A program made the position numbers and the translations under genes. 51,152 nt of DNA from a virus (lineage: Duplodnaviria > Caudoviricetes): positions 1-51,152 of IMG/VR virus record IMGVR_UViG_3300021373_000228. The stretch is one strand, 5' to 3'. The notes below the pieces were generated by a model that saw nothing but the letters and a program-made list of their open reading frames with translations, searched no databases and was not told the origin of the DNA. Shown here piece by piece: positions 43,974-51,152 of this stretch (the stretch's first letter is position 1; each line of letters opens with the position of its first letter).

Positions 43974-44820
43974 CGCCTACAAACACATAGTCCACCTCAG
44001 GTGGGTTAGCTGATTTAGAAGCACGGCTTGGTAGTGTCTGTAAAGTGGGATGACACTTGTGCTTGAAGCTACAAAACTTACATGCGCTGGGTAGCACAAT
44101 GTTACCTGTAGGCTTACGATAGTATGTCTCAGGCACAGGCTCAAAGCAACGCTCAAACGGCGCATCACTATCCATGTAATCCACTAGGGCTTCGATGTCA
44201 TCCAGTACCGCTTCTTTGTCTACCTCAGAGGCATCCACATACTTGAACTCACCATTACCTTTATTGACTACCCACCAACCACCAACATCTTTACCTGCTG
44301 CTGTGGCGTACCCTACAAGCTGTGCGATGTAACCAAAGCTATCACCTTGTGCTAGGGCATCGAAGGATGCAAACTTGTTCTTGTATGACCACGGGGATGC
44401 AGATTTAACATCGTCAATCTTACCATCCATTTCCATGTCGTACTCGCCATTGATCTCTTTACCGCTTTTAAGCTTTAGCGTTACTTGATCATTGTCTTTG
44501 AACTCTTGCCCTGCAGCACGTAACAGACCTTTAAACACAGCCTCAACAATATCGCCAAGGATCATGTTCATCAGGAAGTGTGGTGGCAGAGGTGTCTTGT
44601 CTTCAGGATCGTTCTTTTCAAACCACAACTGGCACTTAGGCTTACCTATGTTAGACATACGTAGCTTAAACTCGTCACGTGGGCCTGAGTTAAACTGTTT
44701 GTTCAACGCAGCCTCGACATCAGAGGCAACCTGTTTGGTCACCTCTTCTGCCATTGACGATTCACCAGCCATAGCTTTCTGCAAGAAACTGTAGACAGCT
44801 AATTCAGCAGGATGATTCAT
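43954..44820 (-). CDS. PD-(D/E)XK exonuclease
   Basis: LRMSNIGKPKCQLW, GEYD..IDDVKSAS, YIAQL..Y, C..C..K..C. Confidence 0.8.
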   Translation of the reverse strand: MNHPAELAVYSFLQKAMAGESSMAEEVTKQVASDVEAALNKQFNSGPRDEFKLRMSNIGKPKCQLWFEKNDPEDKTPLPPHFLMNMILGDIVEAVFKGLLRAAGQEFKDNDQVTLKLKSGKEINGEYDMEMDGKIDDVKSASPWSYKNKFASFDALAQGDSFGYIAQLVGYATAAGKDVGGWWVVNKGNGEFKYVDASEVDKEAVLDDIEALVDYMDSDAPFERCFEPVPETYYRKPTGNIVLPSACKFCSFKHKCHPTLQTLPSRASKSANPPEVDYVFVGDEAQTS

Positions 44821-45695
44821 TACTCGTCCACCTCTACAAAATCATTGTTTAGGATTTCTTGAACAAGCCCTTCGTCTTCATCCGTATGCCCCTTGGCACG
44901 TTCATGGTGTAGATCAAGAATCTTACCATTGCTGTACTCAATTAGCTCAATGAAATCTTTGAGCATACCATTATCTGCCTCAGCAATATCAATGCGATCA
45001 CCTAGTGATGCTTCGATTTTACCAAACTTAGCACCTGTTGGGATGCTATCCTCTACGCCTACCAACTTAACAGTAGACATAATTGGCAGGATGTTCTTGC
45101 GCTGCAAACCATTCAACACTGAGTCAATGCTCTTCAATGAGTCACGGTTCTTTACATCCATAACAAATGGTTCATCAACAAACTCACCGCTGACAGGCTG
45201 TCCTTGTTCATCCATAGGGTTGTCTAGTGTTACAGTACCATAGAATACCTTGACACGCTTAACACTACGGATGACCCGTTTAGTTTCCTCAGGAAGTGAT
45301 TGGAAATCTTCAATGTAACCTGAAGGACGCCCTAGGTTTAGACCACCAATGCTATCCTTTAGATCGCCATTCAATGAGTTAGACAAGACAGATTTCTCCA
45401 TCTCTTCTGTCTCACTGTTCCAACGCTGCCATTGATTGCGCTGGGCGAAGATGCGAACAGAGACACCTGTGCTGAACACTTTGGTGTCACCCTTTGTGAA
45501 GGTAAACGCACCGACAGGAATAACCTCTGTCTTGATTGCTTTACCGTTGTACTCCACCTCACCCATGATAGGCTGATGGATCATACCAAGCCGCGCAATG
45601 GACGGTGTTGACTCAGCAGGGGCTGTAGATGATACGCCCATTAGTTCTGCCATTGATTGACCGCGCTCTGTTGCGATTGATAGTTCTGTACTCAT
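44820..45695 (-). CDS. Replication-module protein, possible ssDNA-binding protein
   Basis: Position between pol and exonuclease; acidic C-terminus. Confidence 0.55.
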   Translation of the reverse strand: MSTELSIATERGQSMAELMGVSSTAPAESTPSIARLGMIHQPIMGEVEYNGKAIKTEVIPVGAFTFTKGDTKVFSTGVSVRIFAQRNQWQRWNSETEEMEKSVLSNSLNGDLKDSIGGLNLGRPSGYIEDFQSLPEETKRVIRSVKRVKVFYGTVTLDNPMDEQGQPVSGEFVDEPFVMDVKNRDSLKSIDSVLNGLQRKNILPIMSTVKLVGVEDSIPTGAKFGKIEASLGDRIDIAEADNGMLKDFIELIEYSNGKILDLHHERAKGHTDEDEGLVQEILNNDFVEVDE

Positions 45696-45728
45696 TTCTA
45701 TACCTTTCTATAGAGTCAAAAGAGTCTT

Positions 45729-45757
45729 AGTTATACACTACACATCAACTGTGTCAA
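45729..45757 (-). promoter_or_regulatory. Putative promoter overlapping the end of pol
   Basis: TTGACA-N16-TATAACT on the - strand. Confidence 0.6.
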
Positions 45758-47789
45758 GCCAGTTTGTACCTATTTTTGCTTCTAATAATAGAGGCACATT
45801 CATAGTGACACCGTAGGCTTCCTCAATAAGATCATTCAGATCATTATTCATATCATTAACCATTTGAATTACTTGCTCCTCTTCTTCAGGGTGTACATCT
45901 ACAACCATTGAATCATGAACTGTATTCACAAGACAGGACTCCATAGGCTGTAATCGTTTGTGCATTTCATTTAGTACAACAGGGACAACATCACCTGTGG
46001 CAAAACCTTGCACTGGGTAGTTCTTAATCATAGTGAAGTGTGTTGGTGTGCCACTGCTGCGGCGTGTAACTTCAGGAAAAGCATACTGTCGGCCTGACAC
46101 ATTAGTAATCTTAAGAAACCTTAGTGCCTCTTCACCTAGCTTTTTATGCCATGCAGCAATCCCTTTATACTTCTCTATGAAGTGTGTGTAATAAGCTTGC
46201 TCAGCTTTGGTTCTTCCGTAACCAGTTGCGCCAAAGAGGGGTGCGAAGGTGTGTTCCTTAGCTTCTTGGCGTGTCGTTGGTTGACCTGCATCAGAGATAA
46301 CTTTCGCTGTGTAGCTGTGTACATCAAACCCTGTTGCAATCTCTTCCATTGCTGTCTTGTCCTGCGCGAGAAACGCAGCCGTTCTAAATTCAAGTTGTGC
46401 AAAATCCGCTTCCATTATTTTTCCGTTTTCCCACCGTGATATAAACACTCGCTTTATGGGGAAGGTACCACCTCTTGGCATGTTTTGCATGTTGGGATTT
46501 CGTCCAGAAAATCTACCTGTATGTGTGATTGATTGAGTGAGTTGGACGTGTAAGTTTGAGGTGGTAGGTTTTCTATAAGTGTCAATACCATTAACAAAGC
46601 TAGTAATGTAACTAGAAACAGCAGAGTGACGCATAAGATCACCAAGGAAGCGAACAGCATCATCCATATTATTGTTTTTAGCAGTGACCATAAGCTTTTC
46701 CAATTGCTTCTTGGATGTTGAGAAGCCACTGTTGCTAGCCCATTCTTTACTTGGTGCTGTGAACCTAAGGCCAGCAACCTGGTTTGTTTCCATAAGTTTA
46801 AAGCCACGTGCATCACACTCCTTACATTTGTTTGGTTTGGCATACTTACTGCCATCTTTCTTTACTTTGTATGTCTTGCCTTTACCATAACAAGATTCGC
46901 ATTGATACGCCTTAGTCTTGAATATTGTTTCGGAGTTCGCTTTAACGGCTTCTTTAAATTCTTTGGGCGTTGATGTAAATTCAAACAAGCCTTCCCAATC
47001 TTTTTTGTTCTTGGGTTTGCGGCTGAAGATAACCTGTGATTTCTGTTCGGGGGATGCAAGATTAACAGGGGTATCGCCCATGAGGGAGCGTACCTTCTCT
47101 TGGAGCCTCTCTTCGATCTCTGCTTTTTCTTTTTCAAATTCATCTCTTACTCGCCCAAGCTCTTGAATATCGACTCTGAATCCGTGCATACGCATGTGGG
47201 TAAGGGTTTTGCAGGTTTCAAAGGTGATGTCTCTAACTTTGGTGAGGGAGCTTGAATCGGGGTCTGCATAGTCTCGTTGCTGAGCCTTGAACAGCTCACT
47301 AGTTGTGAGGATATCAGCCCTAAGATAAAGGCTAAGAGAATGTAAATCTGTTTCATTTGTGTTGATCCCTTGTTTGATACACTTGCTAAGGTAGTCTTCC
47401 TTTTGCTCAGCTAGGCCACGCGCTTCTGCTACAGCAGCCAAGCTTAAAGGTTTCTCCACCCCACGATGCAGTAGATACTCAGCAAGCAGTGTGTCCCAAA
47501 TAAGGCCATCATACTTAAACCCTGCTTCCCATATCCACATTAGGTCATGGCTACCATTGTGCATGATCAGTAGTTCTGTCATGTCCAACACTTGCTGCAC
47601 AAGCTTATGCCCAGCGCCTGATGTATCCTTCTTTTCGTTGTGATCAAATGTTACAATGTGTAACTCTTCGTGATTATCTGCATTGACCAAACCGATCTGT
47701 GTAAGTGTGTTACCCGCCTCAAACGGATCGTTAAGAATTTTACCATCACGCCATGTGACGCTATTCTCTACATCTAATACTAGTCTCAT
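45738..47789 (-). CDS. polA: Family A DNA polymerase with 3'-5' exonuclease and inserted DnaJ-type Zn finger
   Basis: LDVE, HNGSHD, TGRFSG.NPNMQN, DFAQLE, R..AK...F, VHDS; CESCYGKG/CKECDARG; ATG at 47789. Confidence 0.95.
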   Translation of the reverse strand: MRLVLDVENSVTWRDGKILNDPFEAGNTLTQIGLVNADNHEELHIVTFDHNEKKDTSGAGHKLVQQVLDMTELLIMHNGSHDLMWIWEAGFKYDGLIWDTLLAEYLLHRGVEKPLSLAAVAEARGLAEQKEDYLSKCIKQGINTNETDLHSLSLYLRADILTTSELFKAQQRDYADPDSSSLTKVRDITFETCKTLTHMRMHGFRVDIQELGRVRDEFEKEKAEIEERLQEKVRSLMGDTPVNLASPEQKSQVIFSRKPKNKKDWEGLFEFTSTPKEFKEAVKANSETIFKTKAYQCESCYGKGKTYKVKKDGSKYAKPNKCKECDARGFKLMETNQVAGLRFTAPSKEWASNSGFSTSKKQLEKLMVTAKNNNMDDAVRFLGDLMRHSAVSSYITSFVNGIDTYRKPTTSNLHVQLTQSITHTGRFSGRNPNMQNMPRGGTFPIKRVFISRWENGKIMEADFAQLEFRTAAFLAQDKTAMEEIATGFDVHSYTAKVISDAGQPTTRQEAKEHTFAPLFGATGYGRTKAEQAYYTHFIEKYKGIAAWHKKLGEEALRFLKITNVSGRQYAFPEVTRRSSGTPTHFTMIKNYPVQGFATGDVVPVVLNEMHKRLQPMESCLVNTVHDSMVVDVHPEEEEQVIQMVNDMNNDLNDLIEEAYGVTMNVPLLLEAKIGTNWLDTVDV

Positions 47790-47809
47790 TTCTCTCACCT
47801 CATTGAATA

Positions 47810-47874
47810 GACACAGGGGGCAGTGCAAAGCGCAACATGCGTTCCAATTATGTTACAAGGTTGCCCCCTGTGCC
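47810..47874 (-). other. Long intergenic stem-loop between helicase and polymerase
   Basis: GGCACAGGGGGCA...TGCCCCCTGTGTC outer stem plus inner TAACAT/ATGTTG. Confidence 0.7.
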
Positions 47875-47878
47875 TAAC

Positions 47879-49099
47879 TTATGCTGAATAGATAGAACGT
47901 GATCCATCTAGGACACAGGTAATCTTACCTTGGAATCCATTCAGTTTGTTCTTAGCTAAGTTCAAGTGACGAACTGGGTCTTCGTCTTCACCCTCTGCCT
48001 GTTGTGTCTTGCCTATCAAGATCATCAGGTCAGCCTCACTTGCCTTGCCTGTCTTACTTCCTTCCATCATAGACTGATTCAGGTCTGCTTTACCTTCAGC
48101 CTCTGCGCTTAGCTGCGACATCCAGATAACACAACAGTCATATTGCTTAGCAATGTTACGAGCGTGGATAGCTGCTGCTTTAAGTGTGATGTCGCTACGC
48201 TCACTCTTTATATCAGCAAACTTATCACCCATGTCAAGTATTACGATGTCAGGCTTCTCAAACTTAACTACAGACTCAACCCAATCCATGCTCTTGCCTG
48301 TGCTATCCTTGAACATAATGTTCTGTCGTACAGGTTCGTAACGTTTATGTGCTAGAGCTTTGTTCTCTCGTACCTCTTTCATGGTCATGTTAGATGATGC
48401 ACTGATGTACCGTGAAGCAACACGTGTATAAGCTTCCTCATTACACAACACGATACACTTAGCACCTTGATGTGCAAAGCCACCGTCTGCTGCTATAAGA
48501 GAGGCATGGAAAGAAGTTTTCCCAGTATTAGGCCGTGCGCCCACGATAACAAGATGACCGCCGCTAACACCTTCCACCCTACGAGCCAAGGAAGATATGT
48601 TAAACTTCCACTTGGACTCCAACGCTGTTGCATCAAGTATTGTATCAAGGCTATTATCATCCCACTCAACACGGAGATTGGGAGTAAAATCATTTTTGAA
48701 ATCCTCTAGTAGTTGACGCAAAGGCTGTAAGCTATTCTCTGTACCATTGACGAAATCAAAACCTAGGTTTGCAACCTGGTCGCCCACATATTGTTGGAAC
48801 AATTGTGATAACGTATCCTCTGCAATCTCTTGCTTGATAGGCTCAGTGATCTCAATGCGTTTAAACAGATCGTCATAGGCACCACGTGTAGCTGTTGTCA
48901 TACTAGCATTCATGCGGTTGAACACAGCCTGTAGATCAGCAACTGTCATGTCACCATCATAGGCTTCCATTGCACCGTCTAGTGCTTGCTTAATCTTACG
49001 CACATCTTTGCTAAAGATTTTATCAGGGCAACGAATACCCTTATGGTCATTGTAGAAATCACGGTTAAGCAGTGTTTTAATCAGTGCCAGTTCCATCAT
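47879..49099 (-). CDS. DnaB-like replicative helicase
   Basis: GARPNTGKTS, VILDMGDK, WMSQLS, SKTGKASEADL, KNK. Confidence 0.9.
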   Translation of the reverse strand: MMELALIKTLLNRDFYNDHKGIRCPDKIFSKDVRKIKQALDGAMEAYDGDMTVADLQAVFNRMNASMTTATRGAYDDLFKRIEITEPIKQEIAEDTLSQLFQQYVGDQVANLGFDFVNGTENSLQPLRQLLEDFKNDFTPNLRVEWDDNSLDTILDATALESKWKFNISSLARRVEGVSGGHLVIVGARPNTGKTSFHASLIAADGGFAHQGAKCIVLCNEEAYTRVASRYISASSNMTMKEVRENKALAHKRYEPVRQNIMFKDSTGKSMDWVESVVKFEKPDIVILDMGDKFADIKSERSDITLKAAAIHARNIAKQYDCCVIWMSQLSAEAEGKADLNQSMMEGSKTGKASEADLMILIGKTQQAEGEDEDPVRHLNLAKNKLNGFQGKITCVLDGSRSIYSA

Positions 49100-49274
49100 T
49101 ATCGAAATCTCCTCTCAGGAATCTAAACATTACTTCTATTGCAGCCAAAGGCCAAAAGATTGCAAAGCGCAGTGAGACATCTCTTCCTTCACTGTCCTGC
49201 GCTTCTACTACTAAAGCTAAAAAGGGTATAGCTAGTAGGTACATTACAAACATACCCTTGAAAAACTCTATCAT
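49077..49274 (-). CDS. Small membrane protein
   Basis: Two hydrophobic segments; ATG at 49274 with SD GGAGG. Confidence 0.65.
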   Translation of the reverse strand: MIEFFKGMFVMYLLAIPFLALVVEAQDSEGRDVSLRFAIFWPLAAIEVMFRFLRGDFDNDGTGTD

Positions 49275-49471
49275 TCTTCCTCCAAGCAGAAACCACAAAA
49301 GTTATCTTGCGCTGGTCCACCACAGCTTACGCATTTTCTCCATACGCTGTTGGCTTTTTTCCTTTGCTTTGCTCTTTTGCGTTCCTCATCAGTCATTGGA
49401 CTAATTTGTTTTGCTTTGTCAACAAACCATTCGTCAGATAATGGCTCACGCCCTTCAGGTAGTTTCGCCAT
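49271..49471 (-). CDS. Small protein with C-terminal Zn ribbon
   Basis: CVSCG..FCGFC. Confidence 0.65.
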   Translation of the reverse strand: MAKLPEGREPLSDEWFVDKAKQISPMTDEERKRAKQRKKANSVWRKCVSCGGPAQDNFCGFCLEEE

Positions 49472-49700
49472 CTTGTACTCCAAATATATACTCTGTCAGT
49501 TCTTGTTTCTCTTGGTTTATATGATCTTCTATAAAATCATACACTACCTGTAAATCTAACTTAGCTGCTGCGCAGTACAGTACTAGCTTAAGACCCTCTT
49601 CCTGCAATAGCTTTGCACAGTTACTATCAAGGTGGAACTGATAGGTGGCACTGCCATCCTCGTGTTCCTCTACTTGTTCTACTCCAATCATACCTGTCAT
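49455..49700 (-). CDS. Hypothetical protein
   Basis: VEEHEDGSAT motif; coupled to thyX. Confidence 0.7.
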   Translation of the reverse strand: MTGMIGVEQVEEHEDGSATYQFHLDSNCAKLLQEEGLKLVLYCAAAKLDLQVVYDFIEDHINQEKQELTEYIFGVQDGETT

Positions 49701-50368
49701 TCTTCATACATCCTTAATGCTTCCCATGATACAGGGTATAGCTTCATCATTACATCTTCGATCTTCTCAGCTACAATACGTGTCTCAGCCTGTGTGTCTT
49801 CCTTCAAGCGTAGGCCACACATCTTAGCAAAGGCGAACAGTGTGCCAGACCAGTACCACTCTGTCATCATAGATTGTGGCAGTACCATACGTGCTTGCTC
49901 TTCACATGCTCCTAGCTCTAATAACCTGCGATAGGTACGTGCTGCACCCTTGGTTAGCTGATCGTATTTATTTTGCACAGCTTTCTTTGCACCATTTTGC
50001 ATTGGATCACCGCTGCCTTGCTTCTTATCCTCTGCTGACTCACGCCACTGCGGTACATAGAACTCAGGCTCACTATCGACATACCGCCTCGACACCTCGT
50101 TCCAAGGCATGTACTCGTGCTTAACTAATTGACGTGCCACAAAGATAGGTGCCTTGACGTGGAACGTGGCAAAGGTGTGGTTAAAGGGTGATTTGTGGTT
50201 ATGCTTGGCAAGGTAACGAATCAGCCTAGCATCCTTAGGCTTAAGCACCAACTCTTCACCATAGTGGATACGCGGCATCCATTCTGATTTCTTACCAAAG
50301 CTAACACGCGCTGCGTTAACTACTGATAGGTCACTACCCATGTGGTCAATGTATGTTGCTTCAATCAT
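49697..50368 (-). CDS. thyX: Flavin-dependent thymidylate synthase
   Basis: VVNAARVSF, H.SPF.H, APIFVARQLVKH..WNEVSRRY, EQARMVLP. Confidence 0.93.
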   Translation of the reverse strand: MIEATYIDHMGSDLSVVNAARVSFGKKSEWMPRIHYGEELVLKPKDARLIRYLAKHNHKSPFNHTFATFHVKAPIFVARQLVKHEYMPWNEVSRRYVDSEPEFYVPQWRESAEDKKQGSGDPMQNGAKKAVQNKYDQLTKGAARTYRRLLELGACEEQARMVLPQSMMTEWYWSGTLFAFAKMCGLRLKEDTQAETRIVAEKIEDVMMKLYPVSWEALRMYEE

Positions 50369-50442
50369 TTGTTCATTTCACTCCAAGCTATCCATGCAAA
50401 CCCGCCAATAATAAGAACTAGTATTGATATTGCTTCAATCAT
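50365..50442 (-). CDS. 25-aa single-TM peptide; absent from the ORF track
   Basis: MIEAISILVLIIGGFAWIAWSEMNK; ATGA overlaps at both ends. Confidence 0.6.
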   Translation of the reverse strand: MIEAISILVLIIGGFAWIAWSEMNK

Positions 50443-51152
50443 CTGCATACCTCTGTCAATTTCTCCATGTCCTCATCCATGCGATACTTAATATCATCAA
50501 GCAAACTAACTGCAATAGTTTTTATGCCTGTCCATAGTTCTATCTCTCTGCGATACTCAATCGTCTTACCTACAGCGTCAGGATCAAGAGCGATCACTAC
50601 CTTCTCAAACTCTCCAATCTTTGCAAAGTGTTTGGGGTTCATAGATGTGCCAAGGATAGCCATAGCTGTCACGTTTGGAAACTCTTGTGCTGCCACAATA
50701 GCTGATACAACATCCTCAACCACAAGGCAAACCTGGCCTGTGCCAATCGTGTAATAGTTTGCTGCACCAGTGTAGCGATACCACTTGGGGTGTGCTTTCT
50801 TACCCACAGCCCTGCCTATCGCATCAATCATCCTGCCCTTGTAGTAGATAGGAAAAACTACACGCTCTTGCTGTACATCATACATGCTCTTGCCAAGAGA
50901 TATACCCCAGCGCCGTACAAAGCGTTTATGCTTGGTGTGTGATTGCTGTGGGCTAACTACCTGCGCTGGGATTTCCCATGTATCAGGTTCTTTCTTAACT
51001 ACTTCTAGTTTTGGTTTCATATGTCGCCGTATCTCCGCTGCTGTCATGTCTGTATCAAATACACCACCCACATCACAACCTAGTTTATAACAGTTGTACT
51101 TCAATACACCTGCATCTTTGCTTGCACTGAAGGTGTTCTTACCTTTGCAGAA
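50439..51152 (-). CDS. DNA primase (Zn finger plus TOPRIM), start outside the window
   Basis: Open to the edge: FCKGKNTF..YNCYKLGC; VVEDVVSA, AILGT, IALDPDA. Confidence 0.88.
   Translation of the reverse strand, partial: FCKGKNTFSASKDAGVLKYNCYKLGCDVGGVFDTDMTAAEIRRHMKPKLEVVKKEPDTWEIPAQVVSPQQSHTKHKRFVRRWGISLGKSMYDVQQERVVFPIYYKGRMIDAIGRAVGKKAHPKWYRYTGAANYYTIGTGQVCLVVEDVVSAIVAAQEFPNVTAMAILGTSMNPKHFAKIGEFEKVVIALDPDAVGKTIEYRREIELWTGIKTIAVSLLDDIKYRMDEDMEKLTEVCR

Noticed and set aside
43954-44820. Cas4 / CRISPR-associated gene
   Set aside because: Cas4-like PD-(D/E)XK nucleases are routine in phage replication modules, and there is no CRISPR context
1-51152. tRNA genes, integrase/att site, phage RNA polymerase
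   Set aside because: None recognised by eye; part of the early region lies outside the window, so absence from the genome is not established

Overview
Near-complete genome of a marine alphaproteobacterial (probably Roseobacter-group) podovirus. It resembles HMO-2011/cobavirus-related phages: family A DNA polymerase with an inserted DnaJ-type Zn finger, class II B12-dependent RNR, glutaredoxin, ThyX, PhoH and MazG. The two gene arms converge on a bidirectional terminator at ~37.7 kb. The + arm (1.7-37.7 kb) carries small basic proteins, terminase, portal, a modular injected protein, scaffold, capsid, tail/fibre and internal virion proteins. The - arm (37.7-51.15 kb, apparently continuing from the gene at 1-654) carries replication and nucleotide-metabolism genes. 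A gene-free AT-rich region (655-1718) holds operator-like palindromes, promoters and probably the genome ends. Best candidates for new biology: (1) a promoter-driven hairpin RNA whose 27-nt pyrimidine loop is complementary to ribosome-binding sites of the phage's own early/replication genes, alongside an unannotated DUF1127 gene; (2) a recurring [FYML]xxGG motif that delimits modules in putative virion-cargo proteins; (3) a pseudo-symmetric structured RNA before the capsid gene; (4) a circularly permuted amidase. All family assignments come from motif recognition by eye; no searches were run.
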